In this document: positions 10,170 to 19,679 of the stretch, in pieces | Numbering within the stretch: the first letter of the stretch is position 1 | Layout of the letters: every line of letters begins with the position of its first letter | DNA from: Candidatus Woesearchaeota archaeon | GTDB lineage: Archaea; Nanobdellota; Nanobdellia; Woesearchaeales; B29-G15 | Assembly (NCBI GenBank): GCA_017610005.1 | Contig: JAFCCU010000001.1 | Coordinates: forward strand, 144,371-208,370 | Direction of reading: 5' to 3' | DNA length: 64,000 bases | Position numbers and translations under genes: made by a program | The notes under the pieces: generated by a model | The model's input: the letters and a program-made list of their open reading frames with translations, nothing else | What the model was told of the DNA's origin: nothing | Database searches by the model: none

Positions 10170-12446
10170 TTATTCGTAGGGTTTAGGATGGTGGGGAATC
10201 CCTAACTCTTGTGCTTCAGAATAAATATGAGAAAATGCAGGATTTCTACCAATTTCATCCTTTAATAGAATATGGCCATCAGTTTGGGCATAGCTAATTG
10301 TGAAAAACGCAGTCTGATGTATTTGCTGGATTACACTTAAAAACTTTTCAGTTGCTCTAACAGTTCCATTTATTTCAATTCCTCCCTTAAGGAGTAATCT
10401 GTTTAATAAGTATTTACAAACATTTCTATCTTCTTTATTGTGTTCAACAACCCAATTTTGGGCAAAAAGGTATCCAACAAAAACTTGTTTAAAAACATCC
10501 ATGTGGTCTGTTGTAACGCTTGATTTTTTCCTAACTGAAAAATAATCCTGCATTTGACCAACAAATCTGGTGTAGCTTTCAATTAAATGGGTTTCTCTTA
10601 AAGTTTTCTCTACTGGAGTGGGCTTTTGTTTATTTTGTGATCGTGGCAGACCATATGGCCCCTCCAGCAGGATATAAAGCGTTTCCCAAAGTTTAAATTT
10701 CTCAAATGAGTCTGCAACATTACTTTCCCCAAATAAAATATGACTCATGGGTAATTGAACTTGTTCAAAAATTGAATAACGCTCAGCTGTTTCATCTGTT
10801 TCAAGTAGGTGGTTAACCAATGAAAATCTGGCAAGGTGAATTCTTGGCGAGGTGTAATCATCATGCAATTTTTTCCCTTTGTGACCTTTTTCCCTAAGTT
10901 TCCCCACATCTTCGTCCATTAAAATTTCTATGATTCTAGGAACATTATCATCTCCTATTTCTATGTTAAAAGGCCATGCCCCCCAAATTTCCCTTTCTTT
11001 AAGGCCCTTTAATTTAACTGTTCCAGGGTTTAAAACTGTGCTACAAATTGTAGCGTTACCAGAAGGGTGAAATAATTGGGATAATAAAACAGCAACCTCT
11101 TTTCCTGCAGCATAGTTGTTGTCTTTTAGCCCTACTGCCTCTTTATAACCTTGGATTCTCATAGATTCGGTAATATTCCCCCTTGACTCTAGAATTTTCT
11201 CCTCAAGTCCAGGGAAATCATCGATCTTATCTCCAAAACCCACTTCAATAGTTCTTCCGTCCTCAGTTTCAAAATGGAGGACTGCTTGGTTATAAACAGG
11301 AACTGCCAAATTTGAGTGGGGTAATAAAACAAGTGGGTTAATAACTTGGACATATTTTCCATTTCCTAATTTTCGAAATTTACCCATAGATTTAATTATA
11401 TCACCCACAATATTTTCAATAGACCTTGAAAATCTCCGCACCTCTGGGTATACTCCAAAAATTCTTTCATAGGCCTTAGGATCATTATTGAGTTTGTAAA
11501 TGGTATTGCAGGAGCTAGAGACAGAATTAGTCCCAACAACAATTGGGCCCTTATAATCAGCAAGTATTCTTCCTATTTCTAATATTGTACCAAAATGAAG
11601 AAAAGATTCAACTTCCCGCGTTGTTTTAGGCTCGATGTTTTCTAAATCAATATTTTCGCTAGCGTATACAATTGCAACGTTTGACTTGTGTACATCTTTA
11701 GGATTTGTACTCCCAACAAGTTTATCACGAATATCTGGGATATCATCTTCAAGTGCAACCACAATATGTTCGATTGTCCTAGTTACTGAATCTTCATTTC
11801 TTCCTAAAATGGTAACAGTTCCAACATTATCAAAATTCCTAAGATAGGCAATAGCGGTTGCTCGGCCCGCTTTCCCAGTTCCCCCTATAATTACAGGATT
11901 AATTTGGCATATTGTCTTATATTTGGTTGAAGAAGTTTCTCCAAGTTCTTGCCGGTAAATTAATTCATTCTCCATCATCCCAGCAATTATATTATCCATA
12001 GTCTTACGTTTACGCCTTTTGAATGTATCATCATGAGAAGCAATTTCTTCATTTACAACAGCCATTAGTTGAATTGGAGAACCACTATGGCGAACTACAT
12101 CAAAATACAATGATTCAAGATAAAATTTTACTTTTTTATCTTTAGTTTTTTGATCGACGCTTTCAAGTGGGATTTTTATTTTTGAATTTTGGAGGGAATA
12201 ATTATAGAGTCTATCTTCCCATCCTTCTCGCATGTCTACAATGACTATGCCTACATTATAGGCTCCATCTCCACCGTCAGCCATACTTAACCCCCTTATA
12301 GCATCTAAATTAGTTTCTTGGGCTAAAAGAATTCTTTCTCTATTTGGAGGGTTCTTTGTCTCTAACCTTCCTTCTAATGTTTTAAAAAAACTGTCATCTC
12401 CTACAACTATTACTTCAGTTCTTGAATTTCTACCTAGTCCTGCCAC
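10170..12446 (-). CDS. Large multidomain protein with a lactate/malate-dehydrogenase-like NAD(P)-binding Rossmann core; N- and C-terminal domains of unknown function
   Basis: 758 aa. GxGxxG-like IIGGTGKAGRATAIAYL with downstream VVGTNSVSS, resembling the LDH/MDH VTNPVD region. Flanking regions of about 160 aa and 250 aa are unassigned. Confidence 0.55.
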   Translation of the reverse strand: MAGLGRNSRTEVIVVGDDSFFKTLEGRLETKNPPNRERILLAQETNLDAIRGLSMADGGDGAYNVGIVIVDMREGWEDRLYNYSLQNSKIKIPLESVDQKTKDKKVKFYLESLYFDVVRHSGSPIQLMAVVNEEIASHDDTFKRRKRKTMDNIIAGMMENELIYRQELGETSSTKYKTICQINPVIIGGTGKAGRATAIAYLRNFDNVGTVTILGRNEDSVTRTIEHIVVALEDDIPDIRDKLVGSTNPKDVHKSNVAIVYASENIDLENIEPKTTREVESFLHFGTILEIGRILADYKGPIVVGTNSVSSSCNTIYKLNNDPKAYERIFGVYPEVRRFSRSIENIVGDIIKSMGKFRKLGNGKYVQVINPLVLLPHSNLAVPVYNQAVLHFETEDGRTIEVGFGDKIDDFPGLEEKILESRGNITESMRIQGYKEAVGLKDNNYAAGKEVAVLLSQLFHPSGNATICSTVLNPGTVKLKGLKEREIWGAWPFNIEIGDDNVPRIIEILMDEDVGKLREKGHKGKKLHDDYTSPRIHLARFSLVNHLLETDETAERYSIFEQVQLPMSHILFGESNVADSFEKFKLWETLYILLEGPYGLPRSQNKQKPTPVEKTLRETHLIESYTRFVGQMQDYFSVRKKSSVTTDHMDVFKQVFVGYLFAQNWVVEHNKEDRNVCKYLLNRLLLKGGIEINGTVRATEKFLSVIQQIHQTAFFTISYAQTDGHILLKDEIGRNPAFSHIYSEAQELGIPHHPKPYE

Positions 12447-12578
12447 AATCCAGACCTCTTCCTACTAAATAGTGACTACTATCACCTTTAAAAAGCTTAT
12501 TGTGGTTATTACGCTTAATTTTAATGTCCAATTTTTATCACAACAATATTTAAATATCTCTTTTATCAAATAATCTTC

Positions 12579-13760
12579 ATGCAATTTATTGGGTTAGGTA
12601 ATATCAAAGAAAGTCATGGGCAAAAAGCCGCATTATTAAAAAAGGTATTAGATAATGGGTATAATGTTGCACCATTTTTTGTAATCTCTCAGGATTTTTT
12701 TGATTCATTAGTAGAATTAAATGGCGCTAAAAATCAATTGGATTTTTTAAAAACTAAATTAAAAGGAGAAAGTTCCATTGAAGTTTTAAACCAATTATCT
12801 TCATTAATAAAAAAATTTATTGTCCCAGAACCAATTATTAAAGAACTTAACAAACATTACCTAAAACTTAGTAATAACCCTCTGGTGGTTAGAAGTGTTT
12901 TTGATTTGGTAAAAAAAGAAACATTTGTCGCTGTTAGGGCTTCAGACCCAAATCCTTATATTGATACATATACTAATATTTTAGGAAAAGATGAACTCAT
13001 TAGGGCAATAAAACTATGTTTAGCCTCATTTTATAAGCCAAAAGCTTTTTCTTATTCAAGAACTAAATCACTTGGACATAACTGTTTAGTTGTCCAAAAA
13101 ATGGTGTTAACAGAAAAAGCGGGAATTATGCTCTCTGATTCTGGAGTTATTAAAATTAAGGCACATTGGGGACAAACCGGTTTTATTTCAAAACTAAATC
13201 CAGATACTTATTTTGTAAATAATTCTCAGATATCTTCAAAGAAAATTGGTCTTCAAAACTATATGTACATGCTTGAAAAAGAATCATTTGTTAAAAAAAG
13301 TTTGCCTGCGAGAGCTGCTGAGTCTCAAGTGCTAGAAGATAGAGAGATATTAAATCTTGCTCAAACTTTTAAGTCATTAAAGAATATTTTAGGGAACATT
13401 GAACTAGAATTTGGATTTTCTAATGGAAAGATATATATTATAAATGTGCGGCCTGTTAATAAGATGGAAGAATGGGATTTTATAGGGGGTCCCCCTAATG
13501 AAGAAGAAAAGATTGATGAGAAAATAGTAGATCTTGAGCCAAACCAAGAAGACACGATCAATATGGGGGAAGTTGTAGATATAAATGCTAACCCTAAAAT
13601 TGTAGATGTTATGGAAGAACCAAAGCTTAATAATATTATGGAAGAATCAGAAAATTCAAAAGAAAAAATTGAAAAAATATTCTTAAAATACGAAATTATT
13701 AACCCTAATTTAAAAAATGTATTGAACTTATTAAAAGATGATTTATTGGAGGAATTATAA
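12579..13760 (+). CDS. Stand-alone PEP-synthase/PPDK N-terminal nucleotide-binding (PPDK_N-like) domain protein with an acidic low-complexity C-terminal tail
   Basis: MQFIGLGNIKESHGQKAALLKKVLDNGYNVAPFFVIS matches the start of the PPS/PPDK ATP-grasp-like domain. No phospho-His or PEP-utilising TIM domain follows. The tail is E/N/K-rich. Confidence 0.55.
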   Translation: MQFIGLGNIKESHGQKAALLKKVLDNGYNVAPFFVISQDFFDSLVELNGAKNQLDFLKTKLKGESSIEVLNQLSSLIKKFIVPEPIIKELNKHYLKLSNNPLVVRSVFDLVKKETFVAVRASDPNPYIDTYTNILGKDELIRAIKLCLASFYKPKAFSYSRTKSLGHNCLVVQKMVLTEKAGIMLSDSGVIKIKAHWGQTGFISKLNPDTYFVNNSQISSKKIGLQNYMYMLEKESFVKKSLPARAAESQVLEDREILNLAQTFKSLKNILGNIELEFGFSNGKIYIINVRPVNKMEEWDFIGGPPNEEEKIDEKIVDLEPNQEDTINMGEVVDINANPKIVDVMEEPKLNNIMEESENSKEKIEKIFLKYEIINPNLKNVLNLLKDDLLEEL

Positions 13761-13761
13761 A

Positions 13762-14085
13762 ATGCCTGCAGGAAGACCTCCAAATAGTGAAATTCGTCAA
13801 AGAATTGTAGAAATTCTGCATTATTTAGGAAAAAGTTATGGCTATAAAATCTATAAAATTTACTGTCAGATATTCCCTGAAGTTACAATGAGGGTAGTTT
13901 ATTACCATCTTAATAAGGGTACTGAACTAGGAATTTTTGAGATGGAAAGGGTTAAAGGTATTGAAGGCAACTATAGTTGGGGTAGCACTGCCGAAAAGGT
14001 TTTTTATTCGCTTGGAAAAATGGCTATGCCATTAGGACTTGATAATGTTGAAGAATTCTTCTCAAAAAGGCCAGAGACTTCTTAA
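13762..14085 (+). CDS. Winged-helix transcriptional regulator (PadR/MarR-like); start moved to the ATG at 13762 with a GGAGG upstream
   Basis: About 107 aa. GRPPNSEIRQRIVEILHYLGKSYGYKIYK helix-turn-helix pattern. The track ORF starts earlier at 13738 and overlaps the upstream gene. Confidence 0.5.
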   Translation: MPAGRPPNSEIRQRIVEILHYLGKSYGYKIYKIYCQIFPEVTMRVVYYHLNKGTELGIFEMERVKGIEGNYSWGSTAEKVFYSLGKMAMPLGLDNVEEFFSKRPETS

Positions 14086-15234
14086 AACTGGTAAGAAAAT
14101 TAATGTTAATATCATTAAAATACATATTTGATTAACTAATTTCCAAATGCCTGGGGCTCTCTTTTTCAAAACAAATGGACTCGATATTTGTAACATTCTT
14201 GCACCATCTGTAATAAAAATTGGGAATAAATTAATCAATCCTAAATTAAAAGAGATCAAATACAGCCAGAAAAATAACTCACTTAACCAATTAACTGAGG
14301 CAAATGCCACTTTACCAAAAAAACCTGGTGTTTTTGGCCTAAGTATTGCTTTTTTGTATAAAAGACCCATATACCCCCTAGATTCATTATCTGGGTTAAC
14401 CCCAGTGGTTAAGGAGTATGTTTCCCCATCAAGTGTTAATATGTCTACATTTTGATTCGGTTTTAAAGATATTGAAAAGTCATAAAATCCCATTAAACTA
14501 TCAATCTTTTCCCCATTTAATTGTTCAATTTCAACTAATTCTGGCATTCCAACTTCGTTAGCGCCAGTTCCATTAATAGGGCTAACAATTATACCATCAC
14601 TAATTGTTATTGCATCGGCAGCTGGAACTAATAAATACCCTAAAATAAGAATAAAAATTGCAGCAGTAATTAGATTTGACATTGGGCCTGCAGCGAAAAC
14701 TGCATTTTGAACCCAGGCTTTTTCTTTAACAAGCTTTTTTTCGTCAGGTTCAACAAAAGCACCTAATATTGGTCCGAAAAATGCAATTCCTGATGATTTA
14801 ATTGGAATATTGTAGGCTTTTGCAACAACTCCATGAGAAAATTCATGAATTACAATTATGGCAAATAAGGATATCCATCCAATAATAAATGGAAATGCCA
14901 TTCCAGTTCCAGCAATTGGTAATCCTGGAAGAACGGGAGCAATACCCGGAGTGGAGGGATTAATTATTACTTCATAAACTCTTGTACCTAAATAATAAAT
15001 AATATAAAATACACCAAAAAATGCAATGATTGCAAAACTTTTTCCTAAGAAATGAATTGTTTTTTTGAATCTTGCAAGAGAATCAATAACTTTAAGTCCA
15101 AATTTTGTTCTGTAAATATAAAAGAATTTCGCTTCAACATCAAATTTTTTTTTATTAATAAAAACTAAACTTGCTAAAATTATATAAAAAATGAGAATCC
15201 ATTTATATTGAATTATAAATTCGAGAAAGCTCAT
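14062..15234 (-). CDS. Site-2 protease (M50 family intramembrane metalloprotease) with a PDZ domain
   Basis: HExxH motif (VIHEFSHGVVAKAY), multiple TM helices, an internal PDZ-like segment and a downstream zinc-ligand region. Confidence 0.8.
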   Translation of the reverse strand: MSFLEFIIQYKWILIFYIILASLVFINKKKFDVEAKFFYIYRTKFGLKVIDSLARFKKTIHFLGKSFAIIAFFGVFYIIYYLGTRVYEVIINPSTPGIAPVLPGLPIAGTGMAFPFIIGWISLFAIIVIHEFSHGVVAKAYNIPIKSSGIAFFGPILGAFVEPDEKKLVKEKAWVQNAVFAAGPMSNLITAAIFILILGYLLVPAADAITISDGIIVSPINGTGANEVGMPELVEIEQLNGEKIDSLMGFYDFSISLKPNQNVDILTLDGETYSLTTGVNPDNESRGYMGLLYKKAILRPKTPGFFGKVAFASVNWLSELFFWLYLISFNLGLINLFPIFITDGARMLQISSPFVLKKRAPGIWKLVNQICILMILTLIFLPVLRSLWPF

Positions 15235-15392
15235 TTTTTCCTAATTGGTCTTAGTGCTTTTTTCCCGCATTTTCTACAAGAAATTTGTCCTTCGGTAACC
15301 TTTAATATTGGCGCCTTAATTTTGCTTTTGCATTTTTTACAGACAAATACTCTGTGGAACATACGCGCTTCTGCTTCTGGGAATTTTGCCAT
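15231..15392 (-). CDS. rpl40e: Ribosomal protein L40e (53 aa), not in the ORF track
   Basis: Translation MAKFPEAEARMFHRVFVCKKCKSKIKAPILKVTEGQISCRKCGKKALRPIRKK has the C4 zinc ribbon and the CRKCG..LRP signature. Its TGA overlaps the S2P ATG (ATGA). Confidence 0.8.
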   Translation of the reverse strand: MAKFPEAEARMFHRVFVCKKCKSKIKAPILKVTEGQISCRKCGKKALRPIRKK

Positions 15393-15393
15393 T

Positions 15394-15783
15394 TTATTTT
15401 ACCTGTTTTAGTATTTTTTGTCCTAACATCTCCCAATAGAGTATATTCGCACCATCCTTGACTTCATCTTTAAACTCACTTGTAATCTCAAGATCAAAGG
15501 TTTCAAAGGTTTCAGAGTCCATCACATTTGCTTTATCTCCTTGGATTGAAAGCACTTGTGCATTTCTCTTATCAATTATTGGTACTTCAATTTTATCGTG
15601 ACCTGGTTTAACAATGATTCGCTTTTTTCCATCAAGTATTCCTGACGCAGATAGCCTCACTTTTGCGTGGCCATGTTTTCCAGGTCTTGAAATTTGAATA
15701 TCAGACACTCTACAAGCGACTCCATCAATTACGACATTGCTTCCTTTTTTTACTGAGGTCAGTACTTCATGCTTAATACTCAT
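15394..15783 (-). CDS. eif5a: Translation initiation factor 5A (aIF-5A)
   Basis: Hypusine loop STSKTGKHGHAK-like (RPGKHGHAKVRL), 129 aa, OB fold. Confidence 0.9.
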   Translation of the reverse strand: MSIKHEVLTSVKKGSNVVIDGVACRVSDIQISRPGKHGHAKVRLSASGILDGKKRIIVKPGHDKIEVPIIDKRNAQVLSIQGDKANVMDSETFETFDLEITSEFKDEVKDGANILYWEMLGQKILKQVK

Positions 15784-15836
15784 TTTTGGGTTTCACCTCG
15801 GAATTTTAATTTTGGAGTAGTTTATAAAGGTTGTGG

Positions 15837-16361
15837 CTACTTTTCTAATTTAATTCTGTATAAGTTCAAAAATGACTTAATTGTGGCCCTTAGATCTTTG
15901 ACATCCCCTACAACATGATCTGCATTTTTTTTTGTATAAATTGAAAAAAAGAATTTGTCAAAAATAGTACGAATAAAATAATACATCGGGTGTGACTCCC
16001 ATCTATCTTCATAATCATTCATCATAAATCCTTCGGTTTCAGTAACTACCTTGCCTTTATTTAGGTTTTTTTTATTCCCATCAATTTCAACAGTTACATC
16101 AGTAATATTATGCATACGTATATGGATTCTTATGACAGATTTAGAATAATCAGTTAGTTTCTTCCATGGTTCAAGTATGAGTTCAACGTATTTACCGTTT
16201 TTTTCAACTATTTCTTCATTTTTTGTTTCTAGTTTATCATATCCTTTTTCCTTAAGCCAAGTATCAATTGTTAAATAAAATTCTGGAATACTTAAAACTC
16301 CATCATAACTAAGTGAATCTTTCTTTGCAACAAAATTTATTTCTGCCATTTTAGTAAGCAT
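15837..16361 (-). CDS. Hypothetical protein, paralog of the adjacent gene
   Basis: 174 aa. Shares ...DYSKSVIRIHIRMHNITDVTVEIDG... and a C-terminal ...LRATIKSFLNLY with the neighbour. Confidence 0.5.
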   Translation of the reverse strand: MLTKMAEINFVAKKDSLSYDGVLSIPEFYLTIDTWLKEKGYDKLETKNEEIVEKNGKYVELILEPWKKLTDYSKSVIRIHIRMHNITDVTVEIDGNKKNLNKGKVVTETEGFMMNDYEDRWESHPMYYFIRTIFDKFFFSIYTKKNADHVVGDVKDLRATIKSFLNLYRIKLEK

Positions 16362-16911
16362 TACCTCTTGATTCTAATTTTAAAAATTCTTTGACTTTTG
16401 CATGAAGTTCATATAATTCGTAATACAATACATCGGAATCTTGCAAGTCTATTTCCTTTTTAATAATGTACTTGTTAAAAAAGTTTTGTAAAAAAAGAGT
16501 AAATTTAGATGATTTCCACCTTTGCCACCCAATTATATTAGGGTAATTAGTATCAATATAACTTTTAAAAAGTATTTTCATTCTCAATTCTATCATCTTA
16601 ATTACTTTATCCCCTCTTAACACTTCAACATCTTTATTTTTAAACATATGAAAATGAATATAAATTCTATCTCGTTTGTAGGCATCTTTTTTCCTTCTTC
16701 CGTCTAATTCAATTTCAATTTCAGGTGGTTTAAACTTGTGATTAACTTCATAAACCTTAAATTTACGGTACCTCATCCATTTGCAAATCATATTATAAAG
16801 CCCATCAAAATCAACAGCACCCTTGTATCTTATAACAAAATCAGGGTTATGAAAAGAATCTGTATTAACTGGAACAATTGTTTCAGGAACAGTTACTTCA
16901 ACTTCAGCCAT
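16351..16911 (-). CDS. Hypothetical protein, paralog of the adjacent gene
   Basis: 186 aa. ...DAYKRDRIYIHFHMFKNKDVEVLRGD... and ...LHAKVKEFLKLE align with the 15837..16361 product. An 11-nt overlap indicates translational coupling. Confidence 0.5.
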   Translation of the reverse strand: MAEVEVTVPETIVPVNTDSFHNPDFVIRYKGAVDFDGLYNMICKWMRYRKFKVYEVNHKFKPPEIEIELDGRRKKDAYKRDRIYIHFHMFKNKDVEVLRGDKVIKMIELRMKILFKSYIDTNYPNIIGWQRWKSSKFTLFLQNFFNKYIIKKEIDLQDSDVLYYELYELHAKVKEFLKLESRGNAY

Positions 16912-17007
16912 ATACTAAACTTGCACTATTCGCTATATAAACTTTTCGAGCAAAAAGGATAATAGTTTGAAGTCCACAATGAAGATCCTATTAGCTCCAG
17001 ACTCTTG

Positions 17008-17037
17008 TCAGTTTGCAGTAGGCAGTCTGCAGTTTGG
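17008..17037. repeat. Degenerate heptamer array (CAGTTTG CAGTAGG CAGTCTG CAGTTTG) flanked by CTCCAGACTC x2
   Basis: 7-nt periodicity seen directly; related to the AGTCTGA heptamer family. Confidence 0.4.
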
Positions 17038-17060
17038 AGAGAATGTATCGCTCCAGACTC

Positions 17061-17507
17061 CTAAAGTCCTTTCAGAGAAATTCCAGCTTCAACTTTTTCA
17101 AGCAAGATATCAAAGAGTTCTGGTTGAATTTTCAAAACATCTTTTAGAGTTAAGAATCCAAGAAGTTCACTACCGTTAACAACTGGTAAATGTCTAATAT
17201 CGCTATTTCTCATGGTAACAAGTGCTTCAAAAACATCTTTATCAGGTTCAATTGTAACAACTTTATTTTCCATAATATCTTCGGCGCGCATGAATTTAGG
17301 GTCTCTGCCATCAGCAACAACTTTTCTTACTACATCCCATTCAGTTATTATCCCAAGGAGTTTTTTGTCTTGTTCAACAATTAAAGAACCAATATTTTTC
17401 TCTTTCATAAGTTTTGCACAGAATTCAAGCGACTTTGTTGGCATCACAGTCACAGGACTGTGAGTCATAGCATCTACAACACTCACCCCAGTTTTCATAA
17501 ATAGCAA
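17061..17507 (-). CDS. CBS-domain pair protein
   Basis: Two CBS motifs (...IGSLIVEQDKKLLGIITEWDVV... and ...IRHLPVVNGSELLGFLTLKDVL). Confidence 0.75.
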   Translation of the reverse strand: MLFMKTGVSVVDAMTHSPVTVMPTKSLEFCAKLMKEKNIGSLIVEQDKKLLGIITEWDVVRKVVADGRDPKFMRAEDIMENKVVTIEPDKDVFEALVTMRNSDIRHLPVVNGSELLGFLTLKDVLKIQPELFDILLEKVEAGISLKGL

Positions 17508-17561
17508 AAAGACCCCTAACTTTTAAAAGATTGTTGCATTACAGAATATAAAAGAAAAAAT

Positions 17562-19421
17562 TTAACGCCGAACAAGAATTTCGACGTTTTTACCAAAAAA
17601 CTTTCTTAAATCTTCAAATAAAGATTCTTTAATGAATGATTTATCTGGGAATTTCGCATCAACCAATGCCTTGTCAAGAGCTGCTAAAGATGATTTTTTA
17701 ATGTTTGCAATTCTTCCATCTTTAATCTTGGCAATTGAAACTTCTTTTTCTTTTGCTTCAAGGTCAAATGTAATAAATGCTTTATCTTCAAGCATAATCA
17801 CTTCACCAAATTTCTTACCATGCTTGACATGAATTTTACATTTGTCAACTTGTTTTCCTTGAACCATTTGAATATATTCAGAAAGTCTCTTGAATATTGA
17901 ATATCTGGCTTTTTTAGCTTTTGCAATATCTGCCTTAGTAAACTTGCCTTTTTTATACTCTTCAAAAAACTTGAAGAATTCACTAATCTTTCTGTAATAT
18001 TTTGTCTCAAGTTTACCTTGATCAACTAATGTAGTTTTGACCAAGCCTACAAGATCAGAATCTTTTGCATAAGAAACACCTTCAATTTTTAAGACATCTC
18101 TTACAACGGAAGTTACATCATCCATGTGTTTTTTAACACTTTCTTTCTCTTTTTGTTCACGAATTGCGACAAAGAGTTTGTTAATTCTTTTTAGATATTC
18201 TTCAGCATCAGTAACAAGTTTATCGGCATCAGCGCCTGATAATTGTTTAATCTTGCCATGCTCTAAGTCTTTTCTAATTCTGATATTCTCTTCTAATATT
18301 TTAACATATTTATCCTCAAGAATCTTATCCTTCTTAACAAATAGTTGCCTCATTAATTCAGGTGTTTCCCTTGGCGTTGGAGGTGGGACACCATACAACA
18401 TTAATGCTGCTTGACTTGGGGTTAATATTGCCCAATATGTGTCTTCCATTCCAATTGTGTTAATATTCTTTTTAATCCTTGTAATGATCTGTTCGCCTGA
18501 GTGCATATATAGGTCAATTGCTTCAGGTGATGGTTTAATCTTTCCTAGCTTTAATAGTTGTTTCCAAGGTAAGAAAGTACCTGTATCATGTAGAGGAATA
18601 CCATCTCTTAAGAAAGTAAAGATGATTGGATTTGCTTCTCTAACACTTTCCCAGAAGTCAGTTAATATGTACACTTGGATATTTAATTTATTTCTAATAC
18701 CAGTAACTTCGCCTGCTTCAATACCCATGCTTATAATTATCGCTCTTAATTTTTCTTTTAATTCATAACGAGTCATGCGTTTAACATCAGTATCATCTAT
18801 TACAATAAAGACATCTACATCTGATTCTGCAGTAGCTCTTCCTTGTACAATTGATCCTGCAAGCACGTAAGAGACAATATATCTTTCAAACTTTTGCAGC
18901 ACCATATTTTTATGAATTTCTGATATTTTTACTGCCGCAAGTGTTCCTTTATCATATAGAATTTGAGATAAAGCAATTAACTTTAAGATTTCATATTTTT
19001 GGTCCATACAATTTTGCCATAATTCAGTTAAAATCATAACTTGTGGCATAATATTTTTGTCGATCTTCTGGGCCATTTGATCAATAATTTGAGCAAGCTT
19101 TGCTTTAAGCTCATATTTAGTCATTGTTTTACTATCAGAATCATCAATTAATACCAGGATGTTTACTTGATCTTTATTTTCAGGTGGAGGTGGTGGCATC
19201 CCAGGGGTGGCTTGCGGAGGTCTAATTCCTGCCATTTCAGGAGGAGGTAATAAAGCAAGCCCAACAACATAATTATCAAATTTATCTAGTACTTGAGTTT
19301 TGAAAGTATCTAATTTAGTTTTTAATTTCTTGATTTTTTCTTGGGCATCTTTAGGTAATTTGTCTAACATTTGTTGAACTTTAGGGTCTGCTGGAGCCTT
19401 TTTAGAATTCTTCTTAACCAT
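17562..19421 (-). CDS. Protein with two tandem Pol-beta-type nucleotidyltransferase folds (one canonical GS...DVD, one degenerate), an N-terminal coiled coil and a Pro-rich linker
   Basis: AGSIVQGRATAESDVDVFIVIDD is a classic minimal NTase motif. An earlier NILVLIDDSDSK copy lacks GS. The linker reads PPPEMAGIRPPQATPGMPPPPP. 619 aa. Confidence 0.55.
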   Translation of the reverse strand: MVKKNSKKAPADPKVQQMLDKLPKDAQEKIKKLKTKLDTFKTQVLDKFDNYVVGLALLPPPEMAGIRPPQATPGMPPPPPENKDQVNILVLIDDSDSKTMTKYELKAKLAQIIDQMAQKIDKNIMPQVMILTELWQNCMDQKYEILKLIALSQILYDKGTLAAVKISEIHKNMVLQKFERYIVSYVLAGSIVQGRATAESDVDVFIVIDDTDVKRMTRYELKEKLRAIIISMGIEAGEVTGIRNKLNIQVYILTDFWESVREANPIIFTFLRDGIPLHDTGTFLPWKQLLKLGKIKPSPEAIDLYMHSGEQIITRIKKNINTIGMEDTYWAILTPSQAALMLYGVPPPTPRETPELMRQLFVKKDKILEDKYVKILEENIRIRKDLEHGKIKQLSGADADKLVTDAEEYLKRINKLFVAIREQKEKESVKKHMDDVTSVVRDVLKIEGVSYAKDSDLVGLVKTTLVDQGKLETKYYRKISEFFKFFEEYKKGKFTKADIAKAKKARYSIFKRLSEYIQMVQGKQVDKCKIHVKHGKKFGEVIMLEDKAFITFDLEAKEKEVSIAKIKDGRIANIKKSSLAALDKALVDAKFPDKSFIKESLFEDLRKFFGKNVEILVRR

Positions 19422-19487
19422 TAATAGTCACCTTCCTGGGTTTAATGTTTTTTTGGAAATATCGACGCTATATAAACCTTTGGGTAA

Positions 19488-19524
19488 AGTAGTCTGAAGT
19501 CTGAAGTTTGAAGTCTGAAGTTTT
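19488..19524 (+). repeat. Heptamer tandem array (GTCTGAA)x about 5
   Basis: Reads agtctgaagtctgaagtttgaagtctgaag. Same unit as the large arrays; inverted relative to the array at 20455. Confidence 0.8.
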
Positions 19525-19679
19525 TAGGAAAATGTTTTAGTTTATAATTCGAAAATTATAGACGACAAAATTCGGGTTAAAAACCTCGAAATTTCCCATT
19601 CGTCGGAACCAAAAGCTTTATAAATGATGAGTTATAACTAAGTAGTAACAACATCTCCATTGGAGGGATAAAACTTGAG

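Noticed and set aside
13738-13761. Upstream start of the wHTH regulator (MIYWRNYK)
   Set aside because: Overlaps the 3' end of the preceding gene; the ATG at 13762 has a GGAGG SD at proper spacing.
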